A program made the translations under genes and the position numbers. The notes beneath the pieces are model-generated. The model saw only the letters and a list, made by a program, of their open reading frames with translations. It searched no databases and was not told where the DNA came from. Of a stretch of 64,000 bases of DNA, positions 1 to 20,043 are shown in pieces (position 1 is the stretch's first letter; each line of letters starts with the position of its first letter). The stretch is from Chrysomallon squamiferum (lineage: Eukaryota; Animalia; Mollusca), in contig CM022669.1 in assembly GCA_012295275.1 (NCBI GenBank), positions 3,720,001 through 3,784,000 of the forward strand. The letters are read 5' to 3'.

Positions 1-127
1 GTTTCAGCTGGTAGCAGTACTCTAGGTGTAACGTCTTCATTGCTCTTTCCAAGCAGCGTTGTTCTTTCTGGTTGAACGTCACCGCTGCCATTTCTCTGTC
101 ACGTCCCGGTCGAGTGCTTACACTCAT
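1..127 (-). CDS. 5' coding portion of an uncharacterised coiled-coil protein (CCDC190-like pattern), running off the left edge
   Basis: Minus-strand acceptor ttactgcag| at 147/146. ATG at 127 opens a stop-free frame to the edge: MSVSTRPGRDREMAAVTFNQKEQRCLERAMKTLHLEYCYQLK. GC content is coding-like compared with the flanks. The N-x2-E-x2-L-x3-M-x2-L spacing recalls the CCDC190 domain (from memory, not searched). Confidence 0.5.
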   Translation of the reverse strand, partial: MSVSTRPGRDREMAAVTFNQKEQRCLERAMKTLHLEYCYQLK

Positions 128-151
128 GATAATATCAGCGTAGTGGCTGCA

Positions 152-185
<34 letters not shown>

Positions 186-965
186 GGACAATAACAACAA
201 CGATGGCAACAGGAACAGAAGAACAGAACAATAATTTTATTTAATTAATAACCAAATGACGCCGATGTTGAATTTTTTTTTTTTTTTTTATTCGTGTTCA
301 TGATTAATACTATTTATTTATTTATATATTTATTATTATTATCATTATTACTTCTTTTTTTTTTGTCGCAAATTTCGTTTGAAATAAAAGTTATTATTTT
401 CATTCAGATTTGAATCTTCTATGTGACTAGTTTAGAGTAATAAATAAATAAATAAATTATAAATAAATAAATAAAATAAAAATTGTTAGGTAATTCTTAT
501 GATCGCCAGAGGCATCGTCTTTCCTGTCACTACCTACTTGGACGTTGGGGAAGCGAATAATACGAGCACTATTCAGAATGGACAAAACACAAGATGTAGC
601 AGCTCTTTGTAAATAACTGACAACTTTGTTACGAAGCATCATATAAGACACGCAATGTCTGAATTTTATATAAGGACATACTATCGATTTTCATTTAACC
701 TTATTTCACTTAAGAGTATAGCTATGTTCTGAAACAGATTCAATTCATTACCATTTGATAAATAATAAATTTACCTTTCAAAGTTTTACTTACAGAGAGA
801 GAAAAATAATCGGTGTTAATGGAGAAATCGGATTTTTTTTTTTCAGGTTTGAAAGTTAATTTATTATTTGACATTCTAGTGGCAGTTACATAATATATTT
901 GTTTGTTTGTTTGTTTGTTTGTTTGTTGTTTAATTATTTATTTATTTATTTATTTATTTATACAT

Positions 966-1012
<47 letters not shown>

Positions 1013-3350
1013 TACATTTATTTATTTATTTATTTATTTATTCTGTTATTAATATTATCATCAACACCATCATTATCATCATCATCATCATCATCATCAT
1101 TATTTTCTAATGTGTTTTATAGATCAATTTTACATAATTAACAAAATGTTACACATCTTGCTCAATACTTTCGTTTCAAATATTTATTCTCCCTCTGTCA
1201 ATCTTCGAGAAGAAAAACAACAAAAAGAAACAGAGAAACAAAAACGATCTAATCCGGCTAATTTCTCCGACAGACAAAATATTGGGCTTAACCTACATAG
1301 AGGCTTGGGTGTACTTAGTACTGTAGCTGTCGTTATTCGTTGACGTTCACCAACAATAAAATGGAGTTTCACGAATGCAGTGCACGTTATTATGTTGGCC
1401 TGATATTAATTTAAATGGAACACGAGAAAATCCTGTCGTTTAAGATATAGAAGTATTTACATCTAGTTTCTTCTCGGCAGTAATTTGATGATGTAAAGAT
1501 AAGAGACCCATGTAAATCAAAATATTTTTGTGTGAAACTGTAATTTGGTTTGATTCCATTTTCTTGGTAATTTATTTACTTTTAGAGAGGGAAAGAGAGA
1601 GAGAGAGGAAAGGAGAGAAAGGATTGTAAACAGAGAAGGGTGAATACGACAAAAAGGGAGAAACAGGTTGACATTAGATGGGACAGAGAGAAAGACAAAT
1701 AGAAAGATATATATATATATATACATATGTTTATGTAAATAAACAAACTATATGATATTGCACAAATGAATACCAACATATTTTGACTGGACAGTTCTAA
1801 GCACACCATACACTTGTTTTCTAGCTAGGACAGAGAAACGTTTCTTCTAGCTGTCGAATAGGTTACCCTGTTTTCTAATACGAAAAAAAAAAAAAATGAA
1901 AAACTTGGCGGAAATGTTTTTTTATTTTTTGTACTAGCTTTCTTTTTCAAGATCATTTTTTTTTTTTTTTTTTTGGTCCTAAAATAACACCGAAATAACA
2001 CCGAACAAAATTATATACAGTTAAAATAAAATCATAATTTAATTTTAGATATAAATTAAAATAACAATTTAATCAATGTTATATTAAAAGAAAGAACAAC
2101 AAAAAAGTGTCTTTAAGAATTAACTCTTATCTGTTAACAATAATAAATCTAAACCAAGCTATACGTCTGATAAGAAAATAATATTAATAATAACGGTGTT
2201 TGTTTGAGAACTGTTAAAACTTACGATTTACAGCTCCTAAGAAAATCAACACTTGTTAGTGTTAAATCCAACAACGCGGGTGAGCAGTGAAAATCAATTT
2301 ACTCTATCATCGATATCTTCGTCTGAGAGAGCGTCTATCGATCTTTCTTCATTGCTCGACCAATGAAACACCTCGGTGTTGAGAGCGCCTTAGTTTATAT
2401 TAGGATAATATCACGTCTGAATGGCGATGCGATAACGAGAGTCACCGACAAACACTAGCAACACGCTATTTATGCACTGATGAAAGTCTACTCGTGTTGT
2501 TAGTGTTCAATGCGACATAGCAACCAACGGGGAAAGTGGAGTATTATTTATGCCCATGTATTATGTCCTGACTAACCCACTGAACATTTTGGGTTACCAG
2601 TGAATGCGATTTCTTTGCTTGATTTCCGAAAGTATCGTTATAGAGTGATTTTGATTATGTTTCCTTTTTTTGTTGTTGTTGATGAATGCAGAGTACGCAA
2701 AGCTTGTCTGTGACAAAGGTCGACCTGCCTCGCCGCCGAGTCATTGTTGAAAGTAATGAAATTAAATTGGTCACGCAATCTCAGAATCCACTTGACTCGT
2801 GTGTCGTTATGAAAGAAAAGGGAGGAGAAGAAAGAAAATAAAATAATAATAAAAAGCAACTGAATAATGTACAAAAGTAGGTGAATTCCCGATATTCGTG
2901 CCCGCGAGAAATTCATTTACAACTTTACGATTTCTAAAGCTCCGCCCGTAATAAATAAATATTTATTATAATACTTTTTTTTTTTTTTTTTTTTAAACAA
3001 TTTTTTGCTATACATCATACTATCTTAAAAGTAAATAAAATAATAATAATAATAATAATAATAAAGTATTTCCATATTTCTCTCTTTTACGACAAAGTTG
3101 TCATAATATCACAGATATTAAAATTATATATATTATTATTTGAACCTTTTTATTTAATTAGTAATTGTATTTTAATCGAAAGAATCATATAAATACGCCC
3201 GCAAAACAGGTAAATGAACAAATCAACAAAAAACAAAACTGAAATAAAGAAATTAAAAAATAGCAAATAAAAACAAAATATTGTTAAAATTTTATTTGTG
3301 TTTCTAATGCTTAGTGTATTTTCTTTATATCTTTCTTTCTTTCCTTTCCT

Positions 3351-3383
<33 letters not shown>

Positions 3384-4203
3384 CTCTAGTAAGCTAATAC
3401 ATCTTATAATATAATACGTTATGCGATATCCACTAAAGTGACAGTTTCATTGAACTGACTTTTCATTTTTTACGAACCGGGGAATCTATAATTATAATGT
3501 GTAGCCTATACTGTGCACTATCACACACACCTGAAATAATTAAGATGGCAGGTAAACAATAGTGTTAAGCTACGGTCTAAAACAAACATGACAGGTGATC
3601 GATCACAGCCAATACAAAGTAAATATCAATTCAGGATGTAAGATTATAGGAGCATCCGGTTATCGGAGAAAGAAACCGGACAAGAAAAAATATATTTTTT
3701 TTTATACCGGACGTTCTATAGTACTGAGGTGCTGTTAGAGAAACCAAGATATCAAATAAATAAATAATTAATAATTTAAAAAAATAAAATTAAATATAAA
3801 ATTAATAAATAAATAAATAAACAAACAAACAAACAAACAAACAAACAAACAATCAAACAAACAAATCAATAATATTAGTTATATATGCCTATATAAATGA
3901 AAACTGAAAGGTAACACGCCAGTACGAAGTTAGGTTACATTAATCTGTTAGTTAAATAAACCTTTAACAGAGTAAGATCAAATGTGCTTACCATCAAAGT
4001 TATACAGCAAAACAAGGCGTCAGATAATACAGGAAGTTATTGTTATCATGGCTAGTGATTGAAATATGCTGTTGTGTCTATCAACAATTGCTTTCATGTG
4101 TCAATCAATCGTCTTTCTCCCACACATATACACACGCACGTACTTACTCACCCACACACAGACACACATACGCAATGTTCATTGATCCATCTATCTTATT
4201 TAT

Positions 4204-4206
<3 letters not shown>

Positions 4207-4289
<83 letters not shown>
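4207..4289. repeat. (CT)n microsatellite
   Basis: Perfect CT dinucleotide run, followed by (AT)n; produces spurious SLSL ORFs. Confidence 0.95.
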
Positions 4290-4293
<4 letters not shown>

Positions 4294-4416
4294 GTCTCTC
4301 TGTCTCTCTGTCCCTCTGTTTGCCCGTTCGTTTATTATCTGTCTCACCCTATCTCTGTGTCTGTCTCTGTATACTGCCTATCTCTATCTCTATCTAAATA
4401 TATATATATATATCTA

Positions 4417-4453
<37 letters not shown>

Positions 4454-5298
4454 GTCTCTCTGTGAATTTGTATATATCTGTATATCTGTTTATCTCTATA
4501 TCTACCTGTCTATCTATCTATCTGTCTATGTTATTTCTGTGTATGTTACATTCTACTGTTACTATTACTATAGTTCCATCTGCATGGCTTCCATTACTAC
4601 TATGCTGCCTCTGTTCATATAAAAGTGAATGCTTAGGTTCTGTAAACAATACACTTCTATCACGTTGTAACACGTATTTTCAAAATCAGTGTCTCCCGCT
4701 CTATTTTATGAATTTTAGGTACACAATAAAGAATAAAATTAGAGGAGAGAGGACTGCCGCGTTTTTGTTTTTACAATTATAACAAATAAACCGATCTAGG
4801 GTGCGTAATCCATAGCCAGCACACGGTTTTTATTACCTCGGCAGATCATGATAAGAAATGTTATGTAAATTAAAATAAATATAAACAATAAATCTTGAAT
4901 GTTTGATTTATTGCACTGTCCATAAGTGGCAGTTTGATATAATTTATCTCCGGTTTTAGTCAAAATCGATTTCGAGGTGTGAAAAGCAGTTAATAATAAA
5001 AATGATATAAAACGGCAACGAATATAGTTTTTATAATCTTTAATTTTTCTGTTGAAAAAAAAAAAATGAACATTTACCAATGTCGTAACCATATTTTAAT
5101 TTTTTATTTAACAGATCATGTGAAACTGGTAATTGAATAAGACCCTCTCAAATAGTTTAGTTAACGAAATTTTATTTCTGTGATTATTTAGAATATTATT
5201 TAAAGTTCAGTAAATTGTATACTGAATTATACGATATTAATTATGTCAATTAGAGAAACGAGTCCAAACACTTCTTTTTTTTTGAGACAGAGACAGCG

Positions 5299-5302
<4 letters not shown>

Positions 5303-5387
<85 letters not shown>
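5303..5387. repeat. (AG)n microsatellite
   Basis: Perfect GA run; produces the spurious RERE ORF. Confidence 0.95.
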
Positions 5388-5390
<3 letters not shown>

Positions 5391-5799
5391 CAAACTATCA
5401 TCATTTTAATACGTTTTCCTGTTTTGAGCAGAAATGTTGGAAATTCAAATTTTAAGATTTCTTTTTGGTATTTAAAAGCGATAATGCTCTTGTCCTTTTT
5501 AAGAAATATTATTATGTTTAAGGTAATACAGTATTTTTCCGATATGATCGAATACTTGAAACAGTAATTGGATATCAGAAGCAGGCAAACCTTAATCACG
5601 ATAGGTTTTATCATTTCTTGACAAAATCAATGAACCGAGCAAAAGGTCGATAATTTCAGTAATTGATATCTATATAAATGGCTTTGGAGGTTAGAAATAT
5701 TTGAGAAATTTATGTAGACGTTTGTAATATCAGACCTAATTAATCTCACTGCGTAAACAACATAATTTTCCCATTCTTATAAATATTACATATTTATTT

Positions 5800-5867
5800 T
5801 GTTAATTATTGTCTATCGTATTATAACTGTTAGACTCTGTTATTTTTAACTGCACACAAACAGACAG
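5800..5867 (+). other. Putative non-coding 5' exon of channel copy A (paralogue ends at 13529)
   Basis: Near-identical block in both units ending aaacagacag|gttaag. A matching acceptor, tatattaacag|, lies at 6235 and 13961. TAA at 5847-5849 closes the phase-0 frame. The 5' boundary is approximate. Confidence 0.45.
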
Positions 5868-6262
5868 GTTAAGAAAGAATTTGATACTACAGAAAGAAGA
5901 AGAAGAATAATCATTCGATATTGAAAACCATAGCATGATACGTTCATATCAGCGTCTGCACATTAAACAATACTGCTTTAAGTTACAAGTCTGACGTCTG
6001 GTATATTTCATAAGCCGCACGCAACACATGGATGTGCTTCATTGCTTACAAATGACAAATTTTTTAGAACATAAGCAGTTGAATAGACCTCTATTGTTCC
6101 ATCTTTACCAGTATACACACATTACTGTTTATAGCGCTGGTCCGACATTGTGTTTGGTTTTATATTACATGCAGTGGCAATAGTAGAATTAGTTACAGTA
6201 ACAGTTATAGACGTAGTGTGTATATATATTAACAGTGTGTGAAATGGTAGCTGAGTTGAAGA

Positions 6263-11186
<4,924 letters not shown>

Positions 11187-11574
11187 CTTGCTTCATTAGT
11201 TCTGTCTAAACAACCATATTAAATTTTATGGTAAATTGTCTTGCATGGACGTTTTAATAACTAACTTTGACTGAAATTTAAATCATCATTTTTTTAATTT
11301 ATTTATTTATTTTTGTTATTCCTTTGTTCTTCAGTTAAACGCTTGTAATTATATTTTTGAGACAGATTAATACTGTTTGGTGTATAGCATAATGCTCAGA
11401 TATACATATATTTTGACTGACGATGGGCTTCGCTGAATCATCCACTTATAATCTACAAAGTGTCCGTACTGTATCTGTTCTTATATCTACTTCATCCTGC
11501 TAGGAATTAAATTTATACGGTCAGAGGAATAAAGACAAATGCATGCATCACACACACAAACACACAAACACATA

Positions 11575-11606
<32 letters not shown>

Positions 11607-12500
11607 TTTTCATATGATTAACCACTGGTGGTTACAAGACACAGACATATGAATTTCCTTTTACAGCAATTTTATTATCAGTGACAATATTTGCAACATG
11701 AAAGGAAAAATATAATTTTTTTAATTTGTTTCGGCAGAGAGGAAACTAATTGTTAATGGCTTAAGAATATAAAAAGAGATAAAGAATATGTAAATAAATT
11801 GCTTAGCTTGAAATGTTCAGTAAATCATCCTGAATAACCAGTCTAATATATACACCAAACTTGGATCCATAAGTCATGCAATTATTGGTTGAAAGTACAA
11901 AATTATGGGTTGCTGTAATATATTCTCCTTTTGATCTATATGCAGTAACTTTTTCTACATTCTAATAAAAAGGGATTGATCAAAATACATTAAAATGTTG
12001 TTGTGTTTTTTATAATTTGTAACGAAAATGGTATATGTAAAATCTATCTATATCTATTTATCTGTATATCTGTATATGTATCTCTCTGTCTGTCTATAAA
12101 ATTCTAAAATAATTTTATTAACTAAAATAATTTTGTTGTTATTTTTGTTTTTCACACACATTCAAACACACATTCTTACACACATACACACACACACACA
12201 GATGGACTTTTGGCAAGGAAAGTCATCAACATCATCATCATCATCATCATCATCAATAATAACAATAATAATAATAATAAATAAATAAATAAGTAAAATA
12301 CTACCGCTATTTATGCTTCTGCTACTGCTACTACTATTACAACTACTACTACTACTACTATTACTACTGCTCCTACTGCTGCATTAAATAAATAAACAAC
12401 AAAAATAATTCGATTACACAATCAAGAATGAAGAAGAAAACAGTTTGTTCAAAATTAAACAAATATGACTTCTTAATGATTAATGGTATGCCCAAAAATG

Positions 12501-12542
<42 letters not shown>

Positions 12543-12614
12543 AAAAAGATTATTCGAAACATACTGGAAGTACAAATGATTACATTTAACAGTTAATCTG
12601 AAATCAATTACAAA

Positions 12615-12645
<31 letters not shown>

Positions 12646-13135
12646 GCTGTTGTTACAATTTTTATTGTAGTTGTCGTTGAAATATATGTTTTTGTGTTTG
12701 AGGTTTCTGTGAGAGACAAATGCCTTATTTAGACACAAATATGTTATTACAATGACAAGCTTTCTATTTCACAATTAAAAACAAGTTACTGCTTTACAAC
12801 TGTGAGATGTGAATTCGCTCAACGAGGCGTCCCAATCAAAGTTTCCTCTCGCATTGTCACTGTCTGCATCACTTATTTTAAATAGCGTGAGTATATGCAC
12901 GCACTAGGACTAAATATTTTCAAAATATAAATAAATAAACTAAAAATTACAAGCTGTGTTATTAAAGTAATAACAATAACAAATAAAATAATGTGGGAAC
13001 AACTGTTTGGAGACCAATTGACATTGGTACACATTAAATAGGGAAAAGATCCGTAGTTATATGAGTGACGAAAATATATGAGACAATGCTATAACTTGTT
13101 ACTGTATATACTTGTTTTTTTAATCCATACCAGAG

Positions 13136-13205
13136 ATGGATCCTCATAAAGTTTTCGTCATTTTTTTTTTTTCTTTTTTCATTCTCATAGGAATGAAAGA
13201 GAAAG
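13136..13205 (+). pseudogene. Duplicated, frameshifted copy of HAX1 coding exon 1
   Basis: atggatcctcataaagttttcgtcat(T)n...cattctcataggaatgaaagagaaag|gtaaaacg aligns with 20534-20598. ATG and donor are intact, the frame is shifted, and no downstream HAX1 exons lie in unit A. Confidence 0.85.
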
Positions 13206-13453
13206 GTAAAACGAAATATTCAAAATGATGTTAAATTAATATTGAAATAAAAGTTAAAACGATTCTTCGTCATAGTAATACATTTATTAATATTATAATT
13301 TAAATACATATTTCGATTTTTAATATTAACTTTGCAGTTAGTCCATAGAGATAAATATTTGACATGATTTGATACGATAAAATAATTGCAGTCGTAATTA
13401 ATGTAATAATTACGACTTCAATTACTTTATCGTATCAATTCTAATAATTAGCC

Positions 13454-14490
13454 ATTTATTTTGTAAATTATTGTCTATCGTATTATAACTGTTAGACTCT
13501 GTTCTTTTTAACTGCACACAAACAGACAGGTTAAGAAAGAATTTGATACTGAATATACAAAACAAACAAACAAAAAAATACTAATAATCATTCGATGTTG
13601 CAAACCATACCATGATACATTCATATGAACGTCTGCACGTTAAACAATACTGCTTTAAGGTGTAAGTCATTTCACTTAACGACTGGGATACTTAATAAGC
13701 CCAACACAGCATATGGATGTGCTTCATTGCTTACAAATAACTATATTTTTCTTATAACACAAGCAGTTGAATTGACCTCTATTGTTCCGTCTTTACCAAT
13801 ATAAATAGATTACTGTTTATACCGCTGGTCCGGATTAGCATTAGTAGTTGGGAGTGATTACAAAAATCTACGCCATTGTATTTGGTTTTATATTACACGC
13901 AGTAGCAATAGTAGAATTAGTAACTGTAGCAGTAAAAGACGTAGTGTGTATATATTAACAGTGTGTGAAATGGTAGCGGTGTTGACAAATGCAAATGGAT
14001 ATCACTGATAAAAGGAAAACGTGTGTTTTTCGATGTTACAATACGGTCCAACCTGAAACGTATAAAAACTGGACTGATTTTACGAAACAGGAAGAAAATA
14101 ACGGAATAAGGAAGGTACGAAAAATTATACTCAGTATATACTGACATTTATGTATGAATAATTTACGTTAATACGGTTTTATCTATCTTCACTCAATCTC
14201 ATTCATTCTAACCCCACTCTATATTTGTGTGTGTTGATGTTTGTGTGCGTGTGTTATAAACTATTATTATTTTCAGGTGTATGTTAGAATAGTTTTTCTG
14301 AAAATTGAAGAAATAGACACGGTTAAGGAACAGTTTCGTGCTGATATCTTCCTTCAAGCAAAATGGCGAGAACACAGACTAGATGGCTTCAATCTCGAGG
14401 TTAGTACAAAACACAGAATAATTCATTTTAATAGCAGCAGCAGTATATTCACCTGTAGTTATAACAGCTGTGAAATTATTACTATTATTA

Positions 14491-14527
<37 letters not shown>

Positions 14528-17500
14528 TACTGCTGTTGTTGTTTGTAGTCAGTGAACTTGAAAAAGTATTGGAATCCTGAACTTCACTTTGAAAACAGTA
14601 AAAACAGCCCCACTGAAACAACTCGGTTGACTGCAGAACTTGACGAATTCCAGAAAGTTTTCATTGTAGAGAAAAGAAGAATCCATGGAGATTTTGCAGA
14701 AAGACTGGAACTTCAAGAATTCCCTTTTGACGTTCAGGTATTGACTCCGTAATATCATTTATTTATTTATTTATTTATTGTTGTTTTGTTTATTTCTTAA
14801 TCGTTTGTAATATCCTTTTTTATTGTTGTTTAGCTTGTTTTTATTTTTAAATAAAAGAGTTTAAAAAGAAAGTTAATACAGAGGGAAACTTTTCACTTGC
14901 CTGTTTTTGTTTACAGAAACAAAATACAGTTAAACCTCTTTATGATAGCCACTCAAGATACCAGTCAGAAAGAGTTGAGATATAGAGGTGTTTGTCATAC
15001 AGAGTTAAAATAGATAATAAAATATATCGGGGAGAAAACGACGAAGATGGCCGGCAGTGAAAACGTTTCTGAAAATCTTTGACAGACTTTACTATCGAAG
15101 GTAAAGGTAATGGCGACAATAACATAGCAGTAAAATGCTAAAAACAACGTTTTAACATCTGTGATATGAAACATTATAATTAGGCCCATCATGTTATCAA
15201 CTGAAAAGCATCCCAATTGCTTATTTTATCCTGTTAAAATACGTATAACCACGTCCTTGCTTAGTTACATGTATGTATTTATTATATGTATATGTATATG
15301 TACATATGGGTTTTATGTGTATGTATGTGTGTGTGAGTCCTTTTTATAACTGATACATTTATTCATCATACTGTTTAACAAACCTGAACCGAGTATCATC
15401 AACTTTTGACCAGTCACATTTCATATTTACTCCAATATTGTTCTTTCTTCTTTTTCCTTGATATTAATCGTATAACAATACCTTCTTTCCTAATATTTAA
15501 TGGATATGCCTTGCTCCATGCTTACACGAATATTTTACTTTGATTTTAAAGGATCTTTCAGTGCTGGTTTCCAGCGAACATCCTGAAACAGATTTAGAGT
15601 TTGTTGAGGATCTGGAAGAAGCCAGCAGTTTAAACAAAGACAGTTTCGCAGAAGCTCAAGTTTGGACTTTGCTGGATTTCGTCGAAGTTGAGAAAAAGTC
15701 CATCGACAATAAATTTTCAGTAAACAGTTACAAACGACCCGGAATTTTCTTCAAGTGCTGCGCCTACAGACGATCAGGATTCTTTATCTGGAACAATTTT
15801 TTGTTCATGGTATTTCGTTATATTATTCATTTACATACCTTTTCATAATTTTTTCTTTTATTTTGTTCCCGGTTACGCTAATATGAAATCATTTTTTTTA
15901 TTTATAACTTTAAATGGCAAATCAAGAGAGAACGACTTTAGGATGATAATATGCATAAATTTGCATTAAATATTTATTTATGTATTTCATTTGCAAACAT
16001 AAACACACTTATATAGGCACACACACACACACACACACAGACAGACAGACAGAGAGAGAGAGAGATGAATTATTAAAATTCAATGTTGAAAGTTTTATTT
16101 AGTGTATCATATATTTCATGTAGTCTACTCATAACTATACTCATATATAAATATATATATGTTTTTTTTATATCAGTATTGTTTGTGATCTAAAATAACA
16201 TAATTATTTTATTTTGCAGGGACTGATTACGGCCATGTCATTTACGATTTTCTCTGTTAGTCGTAACGATCCTGGAAAACGACTTCAGCTAACTTTCATT
16301 CTTGTCCTAACGGGAATGACCTTCAAATACGTGGTCACAAAATCACTACCAAAGATTTCCTATTTAACTCATTTGGTAAGATAAAACTATGCTATTCTGA
16401 TTTGCAGTCTTCATCTTTATAGCTGTTTTAATGTTTCGTATATCGGATCACTATTCTATTTATTGTCGAGCAGTTTCCAGTATTACAAAATCGTTAATTA
16501 CAAATTAATGTTTTATTATTTATCTTCTACTAAATTGAAGTTAATTTATTTTTTATTTTTTTTATTTTTTATTTTTCAGGACAAGTACATCATCTGCTCA
16601 ATGGTGTTTCTTTTCGTTGTTTGTGTCTGGCACGGAATTATTTCGCTTTTCCAGTGCACCGAGTCTTTGTCTCAGAAACTCGATTTTTACGTGCTCGTTT
16701 TTTTCGCCTTTGTATTCGTATTTAAACATATCCTTTTCGTAGCCATAATTGCTGGAAGGGTAAGTTGTTTATGTTACACAAAGCTTTAGGCTTTGTAAAT
16801 TGCCAGTTTAACTCGGAGAAAAAGACAAAAAAAAAAAAGACAAAAAAAAAAAGACAGAAAACTCTCAACGATTCATTAATAAAGCATAAAGTGGAGTGTC
16901 AGTCAGTTCATATAATTATTTCAAACATTGAAAACGAAATAAACAAAAATTAAAAATAAATAAATGAAACAGAATAAAGAGGAAACAAAGTGTCTATGCA
17001 CTAAATCAATCTGTAATTTATATATGTTATATGATTAAAAAATAGGGACTTATTTTTTAACATTTGATGAAAAAAGAAGAAAAAAGTTATATAATTTATT
17101 GTCTTGTGTGTTGAAGAAAACATTTATTTAATTTTCTTTATTTATTCAAAATGTTTGATAATATAAATGCACACTGACATACAAAAAACAAGTTTGCGTG
17201 TGTAAAAGCGTGTATACATGCATTCGTATACACTTTTTCAGCATACATACATACACCGTCTCCATTTTTCTAGACAGGCTTATTCCATTCTTTTCTTCTT
17301 TTTTGTTTCCTCTCATGAATTATTGTCTAAATTATGTTTTAATGATCCAGTCTGGGACTGAGCATGTCACCCAGCAGTATTTCTAAATAACTGAGAGCAA
17401 TAAATTAAAGAAATAATTTTATGATATGTTACTGAGAATAAAAACTAAATAAAAAATACAAAAATACAAAAATACAAACATACAAAAAAGAAAAGAAGGA

Positions 17501-19996
17501 AAAAATATATATATAATAAAATAAAATACAATACAATAAAAATAAATTAGAAATACAAAATACAAATATATATAGGTATATATATATATAAATATACATA
17601 CATACATACATACATACATACACATTTAAAACTATAATAATAAAATTAATTAATTAGTAATAATAATAATATCAATAATAACAATAATAATAACTATAAG
17701 GAATAAATAAATAAATAAAAGTAGAATCAACCAGATCGTGATAAAACGAAATATTATATAACACGTAGCAGAAAAACAGAAACTATATAAAAATAAAATG
17801 ACATAAAGATTGTTGTTTGCTTACAGGGACATAAAAAGAGGAAAAACAGTCGTATCAAGTTAGCAGCTTACAGGGTATGAATCAGTCGTTTACGTTTTAT
17901 ATCCATTTTTTATCTGTGCAGGTGTCCGTGAATGTGTGTGAATGTGTGTGGCATGCGCCTATATCAAAGTGTGTATATGTGTGTTTGTCTGTATTTGTCA
18001 GTTTCTTTTTTTTGTTGTTGTATTTATTTATCATCCATTCATCTATTTCTCTGTCTGTCTGTATGTTTGTATATTTGTATCTCCTTCTGTTTATCTCTCA
18101 CTATTTATCTTCCTGTCTGAATAATGTGAATTGTGTGTATGTGTGTGTGTGTGTGTGTGTTTGTTTGTCTATTTACTTCTTTCCCCTCTGTTTATCTACG
18201 AACTATATCAGTTATCTAATATGTCATTCACTTATGTTTATTGATGAAATTGTTTTATTTTCAGAGAAAAGTCAACGAACTCGAATTTCAAAGAGAGCAC
18301 CGGAAGCGACTTGCTGCTCTGGTTCTGTCTAAACAACCATATTCAGTTTTATCGTGAATTGTCTTGCTTGAACATTTTAAGAATTAATAAACATTAAATA
18401 TGTAACGTTCTTTGTCTAAAATTTATTTATTTATTTATTTATTCATTCCTTTGATCTTCAGTTAAACGCATGCAATTATTAATTATTTGTGACAGATTAA
18501 TACTGTTTGGTGTATAGCAAATGCTCAGATATACATATATTTCGACTAAAGTAGGGCCTCGCAGAACCATCTACTTATAAGTTAGAGAGTGTCTGTACTG
18601 TATTTGTTCTCATATATACTGCATCCTGCCAGGAATAAAATTTATATTAACACACACTCACACAGACACACACACACACACGCACACACACACACACACA
18701 CACACGCACATAGAAAAACAACTATTTTGAGAGGTATCGATAAAGCAACGTGTATTTCATTAACCTATCGTTCAATACATACATACATACATACATACAT
18801 ACATACATACATACATACATACATACATACATACATACATAACACCGGTTATTCCTGATTTAATAAAATTACATATAAACAGTAAATATCTTTTGAACAT
18901 GTCCTGCGTCCCGTTTTAAATAATACAATAATTAATCATACTGGGTTTTGTATGTGAGTTCCTCTCTAGAATATTATTTATATAACAAAATCATTAGTTT
19001 ATCGGCTTTCCTTTCACTCATTTTCATGTGATTAACCCATTGGTGGTTACAAGACATAGGCATATGTATTTCCTTTTACAGCAATTTTATTATCAGTGAC
19101 AATATTTGCAAAGTAAAAAAATAATTTGTTTAATTTGTTTCGGTAGAGAGGAAAATAATTCTTAATGGTTTAAGAATATCAAAGAATACGTAGAATAAAC
19201 AATAGTTAACAGCATAAGGAATATGTAAATAAAAAGCTGAGATTGAAATGTTCAGTAAATCAACCAGTCTAATGTTATACCAAACGTGGATGTATTAGTA
19301 ATGCAATTATTGGTTGACGTATTTATTTGAAAATATAAAATTATGCGTCGGTGTAACATATTCTCCTTTTAAGCTGTATGCAGTAGCTTTTTCTACATGC
19401 TAGTAAAAAGGGATTGAACAAAATACGTTAAAATGTTTTGTTTTTATAATTTGTAATGAAAATGATATGTGAAATCTGTCTATCTATTTATCTATCTATC
19501 TATAATATTCTTCAGTTATTTTATTAAATGAAATAATTTTGTTGTTGTTGTTTTGGTTTTTTCTTTTCAAAAGTAACACACATATACAAACACATATTCA
19601 GCACACATATGATATATATACACACAGATAGACCACACACTGCTATATTTGTGGCAAGGAGGAACGTGATCATCAGGTTAATCAATAATAATAACAATAA
19701 AACAAATACTACCACTTCCACTGTTTATACTATTACTACTGCAGTACTACTGTTACTGCTACATGTACTACTCCTCCTACTGCTACATTAAATAAATAAA
19801 TAATAAAAATTCGATTAAACAATCAAGTAAGAAGAAAACCGCTTTGTTCAAAAGTAAACAATTATGACTCCTTAATGATCAAAAGCATGTCCAGAGTAAA
19901 TAAAAAATGATTATTCGAAACAGTTTGTAGTATAAATAATTACTTTTAACAGTTAATTTGAAATCAAGTACGTACATTATTATTATTATTATTATT

Positions 19997-20043
<47 letters not shown>

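Noticed and set aside
13136-14277. HAX1 pseudo-exon supplying an in-frame signal peptide to channel B
   Set aside because: It ends in phase 1. Splicing to 13962 enters the uORF frame and splicing to 14277 is out of frame. Changing the poly-T length by one base does not give an in-frame fusion at these acceptors either.
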